Source: Mytilus trossulus (lineage: Eukaryota). From it: a stretch of 64,000 nucleotides of DNA. This document shows positions 48,486 through 62,600 of the stretch, in pieces. Made by a program: the position numbers and the translations under genes. The stretch lies in NCBI RefSeq assembly GCF_036588685.1, contig NC_086386.1:46810001-46874000 (forward strand). The letters are read 5' to 3'. Within the stretch, counting starts at the first letter, position 1, and each line of letters starts with the position of its first letter. The notes under the pieces are model-generated. The model was not told the origin of the DNA. It saw only the letters and a list, made by a program, of their open reading frames with translations, and ran no database searches.

Positions 48486-49632
48486 AGGCAGTGGCTATTC
48501 GTCCGGCTAGCCGGACAAATAGTCAAAAATGTCTATTCATCCGGCAAGCCGGACAAATAGCAATTTTACGGTTTTTCGCTATTTGTCCGGCCAAAAACAT
48601 AATGATGAAGATAAAGCTTTGTGTTTTGAAGGTTTAAATATAGCACGAGTTGTTTTAATCTTTTTTGTCTAACATCGTTTTCAATGATGAAAAAAAACTC
48701 ATTCTAATAAAAAAAACAAAAAAAACTATACATTTGATTCAGAATTTTTTATTCTAATATTCTAAAGGAATTTGGGTAGGAGGGGGGATGATTCTCTATT
48801 TTGTAGTTCTGCCTATGAATTTCATGTAAGGTAAATAGTCGGGCCAATCATTATTGGCTTTATCTATGATTCCAAAAGATCCTGAATTTATTGTTTCTGT
48901 GAAGTTTGGTTAAAGGAATGTCCCCATGTACACAATTCTTCATTTAAATTGTTCGGCGATTTTTAATTCATAGGAAATTAGAGAAAAGGGCAGGCACGTG
49001 TAACCTGTCCCCAAAAGTAGGATTTTGTTTTCGATAAGATAGTTTTAGAAAAAAATGTGTATTAGATACAACAGAAAAAAGGGGGTATCCCAACCCTGGT
49101 GTCTTATTCACAGTCAAGGCATATCAGTATGTTCATATATCTCCGTTGTAGTATAACTTGAAAATAATGCATCCAAGCAAGTTTGATATAGTATTTTTCT
49201 TTCAAGCAAGTTTGATATACTATTTTTTCCGAATGCGTTTTGCCTCCATAAGGTAAATGGGGGTAAATCATCAATTTCACTTCGATTTCAGGCTTATTCC
49301 TCACATGCAGTTAACATGTGCAGTTAACATGTGCACGCTATTGTTATGGAATCACTCCTATATACATTTGTTTAAAGCAATCACATTCTCTCAGGTTTTC
49401 TCTATGACATCTTTAAATATAAGTATAACGATCTCCAATCCTCAAAACGTCCATTGCATACGCGCGTGTGTTATCCGACACCGCGTGTGTTATCTGACAC
49501 CTCATCCGGGACACTTTCAGCGTCACATGACGCTTTTGTGATTATTGAAGATTTGCGCATCCGCAGACGGATGGCCGGACGAATAGAGATTTTTAACTAT
49601 TCGTCCGGCTAGCCGGACGAATAGACACTCCG
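48486..49632. mobile_element. About 1.15-kb non-autonomous DNA transposon with palindromic TIRs and 7-8-bp TSD
   Basis: TTTAATCA flanks both ends. The TIRs contain CTATTCGTCCGGCTAGCCGGACGAATAG, a perfect 28-bp palindrome at 49597-49624, near-perfect at the left end. Confidence 0.8.
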
Positions 49633-51357
49633 TTTAATCAACATTTCATTATAACACGATTAAGGTTAAGAACTTGTTGCCGCAAATGAATTGAAGAGCA
49701 ACAAAATTCGAATATTAAAAATTGTAAGTCTGATTTTAAAAGATTTTCTGAAAGGAAGGAAAGCGACGGTTTTAATAGCAAAGTGTTGTCTTATTCATTG
49801 GCTTAATTGTAGCATGATTAGTATAAAGCCTGTTAAAGTCAGGATTTCCTATAACTCAGTTATTTAACACTTTTAAATTTGTATCATAATGTATTCAGAT
49901 TTTATGATTTTAGAATTTTTACATGTCTTCTATTGTTGTATACTACATTTGTGATGGTATGCTGATACTTGACCATTACAAATAAATCTTTCAAACTGAG
50001 AACATCATGATTATCCAGACTGACCAGAGAACAGTCGACATGTACAATTTTATGTCAAATATACAGTGTATGTAAAGTGCGGATCCTAAAATATCATTTT
50101 TACTGTATATGCTATAAATGTCTAATGTAGAATGATAAATAAACAGACGAACTTTTTTTAATTTTTGAAGAAAATGAAGAAAATTAGTTGAAATGTATAT
50201 GTTCAGAAATACATAATACTAATAAAACAAAGTAATTGATGCGAGCGGGGTTTTATCGCGCCTAAAGCCATCCAGCTGTGAAATATATACCAAAATAGGT
50301 GAATATTTAGGACATTTCACGAACAGATCGTGCAGGTGCTTTATAACTAAAAAGTAAGATGTTGTTGCAGTAAAAAATATTCATTTTAATACAATTATTA
50401 AAGTTATATAACGTAGAATATGTTTTGTCATTCAGTTTCTTCATATTTAACTAAATTCCACTATGATGATTTCGTAATGCTAGTCATGTTTACTGTCGAA
50501 TAAAGATACTATTCCTTCATTTTTACTGTGGAGCGAATCATTAGTATTGTATATGCGGTGCATTTTCACTGTATAAATTTTTATATTTTTTTTTATCTAT
50601 TACAGCTCATTTCTTTAAGCATGTAGAACAAGACTTTAGTTGACTTGCTTTTTTTTTTTTGGGATAATCATTATGATAACACCCAATTTAATTCAAATAA
50701 TAAAAATACAGGTTAAACTATGCCTATTTATATTGTTTAAAAATGTCAATCTTATTTACAAAGTTTGTATAAACAATTATACAAACAAAGCAAGCAAGCT
50801 AACCAGAGTTTTGCTTTACATGCATTAGGAAATTAGCTGTAAAGCCTTAATTTAGCCGACTTGCTCAAACAATAGATAAAGTAAGAGAAAGATTTGATAA
50901 AATTTAACTTACGGAGGAAAGTTTGGTTTTAAAACACTCTAATAAATTCAACAGAAATAACATTTATTTCAAATGTATTCCATTTAGTTTCTAATGAAGC
51001 GTATAGGGATCTTTATCCTTATTTTTTTTATCCATTTCCATAACACTTCACCACTAATTACGTACATCTTGATATAGATAGCACCTTTGTTTTCCCGTTT
51101 AAAAGGTTTTACACTGGAGCCCTTTATAACTTACTATTCGGTGTGAGCCAAGACTCCATGTTGAAGACCGTATTTTGACGTATAATGGTCTACTTTTATA
51201 AATTGTGACTCGGACGGAGAGTTGTCTCATTGTCACATACGACATCTATATATGGCTCAAAAACGAAACGAGACGGGATAAAAAGGGATAAAAAATCCAC
51301 GCTACTTTTTTAATATATTTATAATGGGCTTAATATGAGTCAGAATAGAGTAAAATA

Positions 51358-51602
51358 GTGGGTCACATTTGGGTATAAGCGTGACGCCGGATTGCCAATT
51401 TTTTGCAAGCGTGACAGGTGAAAGTCAAATTATTGTGTCGTGGAAAACGGGAAATGAAGTCTTGCGGGACACGGATAATTACAAAAATTAGAACTGCATA
51501 GTATAAGCGGGATACGGGAATCTGACAAAACAATATGCGGAATACGGGAATCTGCCAAAACAGTAAGCATGATCCGGGATCAGAACCCCCCAATGAGACC
51601 CC
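51358..51602. mobile_element. Short MITE with GGGTC(T/A)CATT TIRs and internal GCGGGA/ACGGGA repeats
   Basis: GGGTCACATTTGGG ... CCCCCCAATGAGACCCC. Confidence 0.6.
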
Positions 51603-52568
51603 AGAATAAGATATTTTTTGTATATTCATCCTATTGTTACAGTCATGCCTTCAATAACAAACATATCCGATGCATGCATTTTTTTTTTATATTTTTGGTC
51701 CCTTTTTCAATTTTGTGGGGTCCAAATTTATAGACAAAAGTCCTAAAAGATAGATATTTGGGATTCGTTGACATGCTGAATCTAACCGTGTATCTTGTTT
51801 GGGGATTTTTGCCTAGTTGCTGAAATAGCCCACATAGAGTTCCAAAGGGTCTTAAATCATTTGTCATTTGATGAAGAATGAATGAGGAGTTTGTATTTCA
51901 ATTTGAAAATACATGTATCATAAATCCTAAAGTCATCAATTAAGTTTTTTCATTTGCTGCAAGTGTATTTATCACATAATTCTACAATAAAAATTCCTCG
52001 CATCTTTGAAAATTCTACATTAATAATGACTGCACTAACAGTGATAATTCATCGCATCTATAGTTAAAATGGATCGCTTTCAATAATCGATATGCTATAT
52101 TATGATGCTTTTATAACACTTATTTGAACTTTAATGCTATGTTTGTATATTATAAAGACATATCACAATGAAAATATGTTTAAACTTACATTCAAATCAC
52201 TTAACTTAATATTTCAAAACGTAAACAAGTACAGTTTTCCCATGATCCTTTATTCTACAATAGACATACCCGCATATAACAGTAAAAATGAACTAGCTGG
52301 ATTCGCACTTTATATACACTGAATATATGTGATCTTTTTTAAGCTGATTTTAAATTATTGTTTAGTTTTACTGGTCACATTTCCTTTCAGGGAGCTTATC
52401 TATGCTAACCTGACTAACACTTGTACCGATTTGACCATGAATAAAAAAATAAATAGTGTCGATACGGAATAATTTACGACGTCCGCATTTGACCCAGCTA
52501 TTATCAATCCTTGTTGACGGAAGTAACAATTTCATGAAATGTAGATTAATTTAAAATTATGAATTAAG

Positions 52569-54112
52569 ATGAATTTGCTTTCTTTTCCCTGTTTTATCAT
52601 ATTCATTAGTATATGTCTGGACAACTGTAAGTATCTGTCGTAAAACAAGAATGTTTAACCAAGTTCAAACATCTCCTAAATATGAATTGCTCCAACAGAA
52701 ATGTCATTTTTTTTTATACGAAAAACAGTCAACAAAAATATGGTTTCCTGTTGAAGTATGAATTCTGTCAACAGGTAGTGAAATAACTTTTATTAGATAT
52801 GGTATAGTTCATAAAATGATGAGTGAAGTTGGTTCTATAGTTCCTTTGTCCCCAGATAAAGTTCCATTCACTATAAATCAAAGGTATTTTTCACAAAACT
52901 TGAAGTGGTGTCTCATTGGGGTCTAAACTACCTAAGGAACATGATTTGCCGATTTTTTAAGCGGGACACCTGAAAATTAAGTCCAGCAATATCCATTCTG
53001 ATCTAGTTAGATGAAAACTTAGAATTTCTTTTTTAATCTTACTCCCCATGACTCTAATTCTTGCAGATATGTACAGCATGTACATTTTGATGAACACATC
53101 TATAACATGTAATTTAATCTGTTTGATGCCTATTACCTTTTTAATCTTAAAATGTCTTTGCAGGTAATGCCTATTTAAAATGCTACAGCTGTGAGTCTAC
53201 AAATGACAATCGATGTGCAGATTATTTCCAGCTACAAACATACGATGCATTGGAGTGTCAAGGAACATGTATAAAACGTCGTGGACGAAGGAGTGGGTCT
53301 GGTGAGTTTATTATTTTACATCCAGCCAGGTCAGGTTCAGCAGTAGTCTGAGATTAATCTGACGTCCAACGGCTGTTTGGCATCACATAGAAAAAAACAC
53401 ATCTTTTTGCAGATCATTTGAAAAAAAGTATTGAATATGTCTGCATATTGTTTAAAAATCATTAGAGAAGCAGATTCCACCACCAAATATTCACTTGACA
53501 ATTAGATTTTAAATATTTAAAACCCTTAAAAGTCTCACTTTTTAATTTGAAAATTAATGGTGTGGAGTGGATAAATATCGTATAACACTCTGGCTCTACA
53601 CAGTGGTAGAATCTATATTTAATGTTTGAAACATTTCTATTTTGAAAAGAAGATTTGGTATGATTGCCAAGGAAACAATTATCCACCAAAGTAAAAATGA
53701 TGTTGATGTAAGTAACTATTAGTCACTGTAACAAACTTCAACAATGAGCAAAACCAATACTGTATAGTCAGCTACATACATCAATTGTTTGTTAAAGTTT
53801 TCATTTTCAACATCAGCTACATTTATTTTTTTAGTATGAGGTTTTCATGTACATAACTATACTAAACATAATTTATGTTTTTTATTAAAAATTATTAAAT
53901 GTTTGTATTTTTTATGTGTAGGAATTGAAATTACAAGAGCATGTGTAATACAGACAAGTGAGCGATGTACGGATACTACATATGATGGTATATCTGTGAC
54001 AGCATGTACTTGTAACTCAGACTACTGTAACCAAGCAACAGATGTACACCTCAAGTTTCCTGTTCTATTTATAGCTGTGATATCAACATTTGTTTTTAAA
54101 TATCTATTATAA
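52569..54112 (+). CDS. Ly6/uPAR three-finger protein, Quiver/sleepless-like, predicted GPI anchor, 128 aa
   Basis: join(52569-52626, 53164-53301, 53922-54112): signal MNLLSFPCFIIFISICLDNCNA, then LKCYSC...C...EC..TC.K...RAC...C...CTCNSDYCN (10 Cys) and a hydrophobic C-terminal GPI-type signal. Phase-1 introns, GT-AG. Confidence 0.92.
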
Positions 54113-57100
54113 TGTCAACTATTTTGATGCCAGTACTGATATTGGAAAATAATTTTATTAAAATCAAGTGTAAATTTTGTCTTAGCTCAAAAACTTTTGG
54201 AATATAAATTGTGTCCTACCAGTACAATCACTGTATTTTATCACTGTTTAAAAAGTATTTATATTTTGTATTTTCTTAGGTTAAGCTTTATATAATACTC
54301 TATATATTTTATGCACTTTTTTTTTTGTTGCTTTTTGTCACATTTATATTACTTTTAGATTTTTTAACTGTTTTTACTCTACATTAAAAAAAAATATGAC
54401 TAAATGCCATGCATCATCTAGAAAGTTACAGAAAAATTTAAGTTCATTTTCAGAATAAACTCTGTTCCATAAAAATATGATAAAGATCCAGAATTGGATA
54501 TCATGAGGTCATATAATTGTATGAGTTAAAAGGGGCATGACTTCAGTTTAAGTGCTTTGTTAATAACATGAATGTGTAGACATTTAGATCGACCTAAAAA
54601 TATGAAGACATGAAGCCATTCAAAATGTATACTAATTCATTCCAACTATACTTATGTTATACATGCATGACATGTAACTTTTTTGTATGCAACATATATA
54701 CATATCACTATGAAACATTCCGGTAATTGTGCCATTAGTTGTTTAAAAAAATTATAATTTATTTCTCCAAAATGTCTATTTTAATATGTCTTTAATATAA
54801 ATGTACATGTATTTTTTTTATATTTCAAACTATATGTATTGATATTCTTGCAAGATAGATTATAAATGTTATTGTAAAAATGATGATATCATTAATATAA
54901 TCAAACTTCCTCTGAAAATGAATAAGTAATAATTTTTTAAAGTCCTAAATTTTTTTTTTTATGGGATAACATATGAGTCATAATAAGATTTATTTCACCA
55001 TTTATTTAAATAATGAAATAATCAAATTATTCTTACTATTTATTTGTTAAAATTAAAGAGGGAGACCTATATATTTTTATCAGCAGGGTAGATCCAGGGT
55101 TGAGGACTGAGTTGAGTAATTGTAAAGTTGCAGAGGAGAATTTTATTTTGATGATTTTTTTTGGTAAAAAATGACGTTCTGATCAAAAGGTGAACGTATA
55201 CTTTCTACATTCTACAATCCTCACCCCTGTTGTATAACACATGTATATTAGCTCTGTTTTCTTGGGAGAAATTTATCTTCCGCTCTGACCATGCATGCAA
55301 TTAATCATGTAAATTTAGATTTTTTTCTAATCCATGAATTAACTATAGCATATTAACTGAACTTAGATTACAATTCCTTGTGTAAATTGTCAAAAGTTTT
55401 ATATTTTGTTGTTAAGCCTATTACATTCTTGCCAAAAATTTAACGGGATGGGATACAGTAGTTCTGTTCCAAATGGAAAAAAAAGTTATATTGGTATAAA
55501 AATAATTGAACTGGGAAGAAATAACCTGATCATATATATTTGATTTCAAAACATCAGATAGAAATTATTTCTTATGCATTGTTCTTTGAAACTTTGTAAT
55601 GTTAATTCTCAATGGAAAATTGCTAGGGAGTCAAATCAAAATTTAACAGACTTATGACATACGAGCAGACAATCACAGATGTTTTTCATTTCTATTTGAT
55701 TTCTAATTTGACTGAGGGTTGTTAAAAATATAGTATTTAATGGTATGAATTGTATATGAGTGAAGGTTGTTAAAAAAAATTAATCTAATAATGAATTCCA
55801 TATGAGTGAAAATTGGTAGCGATGTATATTAAATTGCATTGCTTTTGAGTGAGTGTTGTTAGAATTATATAAAATGCACCTGTAGAATTGCTTATGAGCA
55901 AAGGTTGTTAGAATTATATAGTATAAATTGGTATGTATTGCTTATGAGTGCTGGTTGTTAGGAATGTCTATTGTATATAAATTGGTTGTGAATGTTAATG
56001 TTTTTTCTACAATTGTTATCAGAAAATCTTGCTGGTAGTTGAATAAAATCAAATAAAAGATAACTTTTTTACTCTTATCTATAGAGCTTTTCTCATCACT
56101 TAGCATCCATCTTCATTAACTTTTTAAATTTTGAATTTCTTCTAGAGAACCACTGAATGGAATGAAACCAAACATGGCATGAGTGTACTTTATGAGATGT
56201 TGACCAAGTGTTGTTACATTGAAGCAGATCCACCATCCAATATGGCCGCCAGCGGGGAACTTTGTTAAACATGGGCTCTATGGGAAATAAATGTACATAC
56301 AAATGTCTTCTTGACAACCACTGAATAGAATGAAACCCAACCTGACATGAATGTTCCTTATGAGGTGCTAACCAAGTCTTGATACTTTGATGTCAATTTA
56401 TTTAATCTTGACCTTCACCTTGACCTTATTACTTATTTCTGTAATGTCTGATACTGAATACAAAAATAATAAAATATAAGGGATAGACACTAATGAGGCA
56501 TCTTAATGGCAATAGACAGTGTCAATAATAGGATATGGCAAGGTAAAATGGTCTGAATCTTATTAAAGTATTGATTAAACAACCAATTATCCAAACAACA
56601 AAACATTAAGATATGACATATGAAAACTACCGACAATGTTACTGTTTTTCATATTTGGGACAGGCACATACAAGTACATGTGTGTGGTAGGGGCCAACAA
56701 GCCTTTACAGGTCTTCACCCTTCTCCTTTTAAGCTCCTTAGGACAAGTGAGATTTTCTCATCATGTGGCAACCATCTTCTATTGTCGGTTTACTTTTACC
56801 ACAATCTTCTGCTCTGATACTACAGGGCCAAACCAAACTTAGCTACAATCATTATAGGGGTATCTAGTTATAATCACCTTTAAAATTTACTTTATGCTAG
56901 GGGGCTTCTTAAACTTGGAGTGAAGTGAGTTATTTTGCTCTTTGTTGAAAGCCTCACTTTGACTCTGAGATGAACAGCAATAAGAGTATTCCTTTGCTTA
57001 TTGAGGTGTTTTTTTGCTGTGCACATGCTGATGTATCAACATGGATATATACCCCATATCCTTTCTTCTCTATTTTATACTTGACTGAAAATGTCAGTTT

Positions 57101-57290
57101 TTGGTAGGTTATTTTCATTGGACTGATCTCTCATTAATGTTACCTTTATCTTTTCTAATAATATCCATACTCTAAAACTTGCAATACTGCATTCACCTTA
57201 TATATATATACTGTGTATATGTTTCATTACATTCTGTCGAGGCAAACTATAGTAAGAGAAAGAAGTTACAAAACATTCAGCAACTTTTCA

Positions 57291-57648
57291 ATAGGCTATT
57301 TGCCAATTCCCTTAATTGACCCTGTAATTAGATATCCCTTTTTCAGTTGTCTCCCTTTAATATGAGGGACATTTAATTTTAATTACAATGGAGAGCTAGC
57401 AGCAAGAGAAAATCTACCTGTGCATAATGTGTGTTATGTATAAGGTTTTTAAATCTTTTAATTGCATTAAATTGTTGTTTAACTAAATATTTTGACATCA
57501 GAAATTATTTTTCATAAACCGCTGATACAACACTTTCAATTCATCATGATTTGAATTGGCAAAAGCCAATTGTGTCCGGTATGGAACCAGTCTACCATTG
57601 ACAAAGGTGAATAATTTGTTTAAAAAAGGTAATTGGCAAATGGACTAT
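57291..57648. mobile_element. MITE with short TIRs
   Basis: ATAGGCTATTTGCCAATTCCCTT ... AAGGTAATTGGCAAATGGACTAT inverted pair. Confidence 0.6.
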
Positions 57649-57679
57649 TTGTAGAGGGCATAACTTAATAAAATGCTTC

Positions 57680-58420
57680 ACTGAGGGCATCCTGATCGCG
57701 CATTACTGTGCAATAGAAGATTACTTCTTTAAAAAAACTTTAAAAAAATGTTTGAAAAATTTTGAAAAAAAATATGATCCCTTCAAAAATTGAAACCCCC
57801 CTTGGAGCAATAACCCTAAAACTCAATTGCAGCCTTTCCTTTGTAGTCTGTAACCTTGAAGTACAATTTCAAAGAGATCCATACACTTACACATAAGTTA
57901 TTACATGTCTGGAAAATAGACAGACGCTTCTTTTTGGCCCCTTTTTTTTTTTATCCCAAATCCCTGCATGTTTGGGGCAATCACAGCCTTTCCTTTGTAG
58001 TATGTAACCTTGAAGTACAATTTCAGAGAGATGCACACATTTAAACACAAGCTATTTTCTTGAAACTAGAAAAATTCTTCTTTTTGGCCCCCAATTCCTA
58101 CATGATTGAGGCAATTAACCCAAAACTCATTCCCAGCCTTTTCTTTGTAATATGGAAAATTGTAGTACAATCTCATATATAGATCTATACACTTTCAAAT
58201 TATTGTCCAGAAACTACAAAAATGCTTGTTTTTGGCTCCTAATTCCTAAACTGTTTGTACCATAACCCCCAAATTCAATTCCAACCTTCCTTTTGTGGTA
58301 TTGAATCTTAAAGAAATAGTTCTTAGGGATCCATTCAATTAAACTAAAGTTATTGTCAGGAAACCAAATTTGTCTTTAGAAGACGACAACATCATAGCAT
58401 TATACAAACCTCCAAAGAAA
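57680..58420. mobile_element. Helentron/pearl-like non-autonomous element with about 150-bp internal tandem repeats
   Basis: Four diverged units containing CAGCCTTTCCTTTGTAGTATGTAACCTTGAAGTACAATTTC at about 57830, 57985, 58135 and 58283. Class assignment is inference. Confidence 0.55.
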
Positions 58421-59657
58421 TTGTGCTCTTATAAAAATTGTATTTCATGGTAATGTTATTCATGAAGTTACAAACTCAGGAATTGTCCTTCAAATATGTC
58501 ACCATGGCTTAATAGTCTTATGGCTAAAGGTTGTTGTTCATCCCTGAATCTTGTATTTTTGGATGAATATTATTTTTCTAATTAAAAGTTTGAAACAAGA
58601 CTTTTAAATTATAAAAAAGAAGATGTTTCCAATGAGACAACTGTCAACAAGAGACCAAAATGACACAGAAACTAACAATTATAGGGAACAGTACAGCCTT
58701 CAACAATAAGCAAAGCAAAAAACCATTTTTCTTTTCATGTAGTGTTCTTTTCTTTGCATTGTATAACCTTTCTTCCTGTACCGTTTGACATTGCTGTATT
58801 AAATCATCTATTATAAGTATAGCAACCACTAACACGTGTAGGATAGCATGATATCTTATCAGTGGGTAATTATTGGGTACTTTTGAATGCTTTCTACAGT
58901 AACTCATCCTTTATAAGTAGAGCATAATTTTCTCTGTCTGTTGTGGTTTTATTATCCAATATGATGTTATATTTATTGTAAGGGTTATTTTTCTCCTGAC
59001 TTTTCTTGTGTGTTCTTTTTAATATTTACTTGGTAAGTTTTTGTCAACCTACAGATCATGTATAAAAGAAAGAAAAAAAAATTTGCACTAAGTTTTCATA
59101 TTCTTTTCCTCAAAAGTGTTTTTGGAGAATAGTGTTGATTGCAGGAGTAAAATTCATTAAAATTTGCTCAGTGCTCAGAGAACAAAAATCATGCTCGAAA
59201 CATGAAATCCAATGTTTTGATTGGTTGATTTTGGAGTTTGAGTACAAAAACCTGATTCAAAAGTTTCTTCAAGACCAGATCTTTTGATTGTTTCTGATTT
59301 ATTCACATCTGTGATAGACCCCAGTTGATTTAGAGATATATAGTCACCTGTCTGTTTTTCCCTCTACATGTCTTTCGATTATTGTTGTTTTTTTTTTGTG
59401 TGTGTATGTTTCTGCCTCATTGTCATATAACCCATGTCTACCTTTATCCATATAAAAGTTCGGTCCCTCAACCCTCAAATTATTTGTTTTGAATTGTGTG
59501 CATGTTTCTGCCTCATTCACATATATGTATAACCTTCATAGAATTTAGCCATAAATTTTTTTGTCCATTGACCTTAACAGAATAAGTCATCCCGTATATC
59601 TATTTCTTTTTTTTCCAAAAAACATAACAAATATATTTTAATCAGTATCACAAAATA

Positions 59658-62600
59658 TCATGAGTTTCCTTCTTTGTTATCACTGGTCTTTGACACTATC
59701 ACATGATCACCATCACCTGGATGTGTGGTTGCTATGGAGACATTTCCTGTTGAGATAAGTTTATTGACAGTCTGAATCATGCCAACGTTTTGATTTGATT
59801 GTCCGGCTGCAGCACCTACTGTTGCTAACCGCATGCCAGCAGGTGGCGTTATAATTCTTGCATAAACAGGTGTAGTTTTATTTTTAGCACCAGCTTTCCC
59901 TTGAACAGTGGCAGTGTTATGAACAATTTGTCCAGTGGAAACTAAATTTGCTCCAGATTGTTGAAGATTAGGCTGAGATATAAGTAAAGTAGCTTGTCCT
60001 GGTTTTAATCCAGCTTGTTGTCCCAGCATTGTACGAACAACTTGAATATTTTGTCCTGGTTTAGCTCCTGCAGCTGTCATAAAAATGGGTGCTGCTCCAC
60101 CTATAATTATAAAGATAGTTCTAAACTCAACATCATGAAAATAACAGAAAGTGGCTTTTACTGTTAAGTTCTTTTATGCTGTGCTAAATTTCAATTTTAA
60201 GTAATAAATTTGGAGAATTTGTATTACTGACCAAATATGAAAATTTTATCTTTTCTGAAGACAAAGTAATTTCTTAAACTTAATATTTTTTTCCAACAAT
60301 ATCTGGCAATAAACATATCTGGATTGTGAAATTCAAAGGTATGAAGTATATTTCTCTATAAGTCTCTTGTGGAGAGTTGTCTCATTGACAATCATACCAC
60401 ATCTTCTTTTTTATATTACCTCACACTCATATGACTGAGGGGACAGACAGGGCCATATAATCTGCATGGCAAAAGTGACCGGATTTGAGAAATAAAACAG
60501 CTTACAAAATATCACTGACCTAACCTTAGTGGTTCATCTTAATCTGACCTAATCACCAATCATTAACATGAAAGCAAAGCAAAAGTTTTAGTCAATAATA
60601 GACCATGAATTAAGTATCTAAGTCGAAAAAACTCCATGGAAATGAGACGAGCAATACTAATCCGAATGCATATCAAACATCACTGACTACTAGAGGTTCC
60701 CCTGACACCAACCTAATCACAAACCAATACATTTCTGACACCACCGCCACCTGATGCACCCCTTTGCCTTTCCTTCATGATTTCAGCAAGGCTGAACAAA
60801 AACTATTGCTTTTAATATCATAATGCAATAAAATCTGTCAGCATATAAGTGTCTATCATGTGAAACGAAAGAAGTTTAGAGGTTTTCCATTAAAATGTAT
60901 GTGGAAGGGTAGGAAAGGACTTTCAAAATATCCCTACAACCAAGAACCATTTTTTAGATGATTTTGCATAATGGTAATAGACTCACACTGAAAAAAGACC
61001 CATTACTCACCATTCAGTAATTAAACTTCCCGAATACATTTTAATTGAATAGCCCTTATGCAGTCTTTAACAAATTAGTTTGGAATGTGTCTAATACAAA
61101 AAAATACTGTGGATTCATTAATATTCGTTGGATACCAATTTTCATGGATTTCGTGGGTATAGGAGAATCACGAATTCAAATATTCAAAGAATTACAAATT
61201 TTCTAAAGGAATGAGTGTAGACTTTGTCAAAACCATGAAATTAAATATCCACGAATATGTAAATTCTCCTCAAACCACGAAAATTGGTACCCACAAAAAT
61301 AAATGAATCCACAGTTCATAAATCAATCAAACTATTAAAATGAGAGACAATTTTAGTTCCTAATTTTGCATAGGATTTATACAAGACAACATTAAGTACA
61401 AGATTGCTAATACATTACATACACCGCTAATATCATATTAAATATACAAGCATAATTACCATGCTGAGTTATTTGAGATTGAGATACGGCTGATCCTGAG
61501 GGTACCAGAAATTGTGTTGATAGTAAACCAGACTGTCCAGCAGTAACTACTTTAGTCTGGGGGTTGGTTGCCTGTCTGAGAGCCAGGTTACCAGGAGTTA
61601 ACTGAGTGACCATTATTCCTGGATGAGAAGGGGTCACAACCTTTGGTTGACCGACAGAAGAGGAGACACCTGTTGTTATAACATTTGTCAATGGACTACC
61701 TGTTCTGTTGGCTTCTGAATGCCCTGTAAAGTGGATGATTTGTTTTTACTTATTTCTCTTATAATCTAATAGAAAAATTAACACTTATAAAGCAGTTATA
61801 ACCTACACAATATCGATTAATCTTCAACCTTAACCACAAGACCACCAGCCCAGGCTTGTATAATTGCTTTCAGCCTTGTAAAATTCTTCTCTATAAGCCT
61901 ACAGATTCCAACAAAATTTTTCGGAAAATTAAGCTTCAGGCTTGTGGATTCAAATGTTAATCATGAAGACTGCCGGATTTTCTAGGATTGCTTGAATGTT
62001 GGTTGCTTAAAGTCAGATATTCTAGGATTTTATGCTTGTAATTGAATGGATTGAACAGGTGAGGGCCCAATTGCTCACGTTAAAGTCACTATATCTTTAT
62101 AAGTCAACAAATTTGACCACTGGAGTTGAATTGTATTCACAATTTACTAATTTACACATACAAATCTAGCCTACAGTTCAACTAACTTCATTTTAAAATT
62201 GGTTTTGATTACTGTCCTTTATAACATAAGAACTTGATAATTACCTGGTACAGGGGTTTTATTCTGTGCCAAGGTCATGACTCCTGTTCCTCCAGCCTGA
62301 GGTATTATGCTTATGGTGGGAAGTCCTCCCTGTATGAGCCCCATTTGTTGCGGACCTTTTCCTGCGATATGTACAATTTGACCTCTCGGTTTACCAGTTA
62401 AATGGATTGGTTTTCCAGCCATTACATTACCACCTAATAATAAAGAAGAAAAAATCACTTTCAATGTTGCTGGCATATTTTTATTATATATATCTGTAAA
62501 TCCTAAAATAAAGATAACATGAAATAACATTTATCTGCTTTTCATGAATACCAGATTCTACTTAAAAACTACTTCAAAATTTTCTCAATCAATTTCTACT

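Noticed and set aside
55712-55995. Degenerate tandem repeat of about 50 bp (ATGAGTG..GGTTGTTA)
   Set aside because: Too diverged to define units reliably and no evident function.
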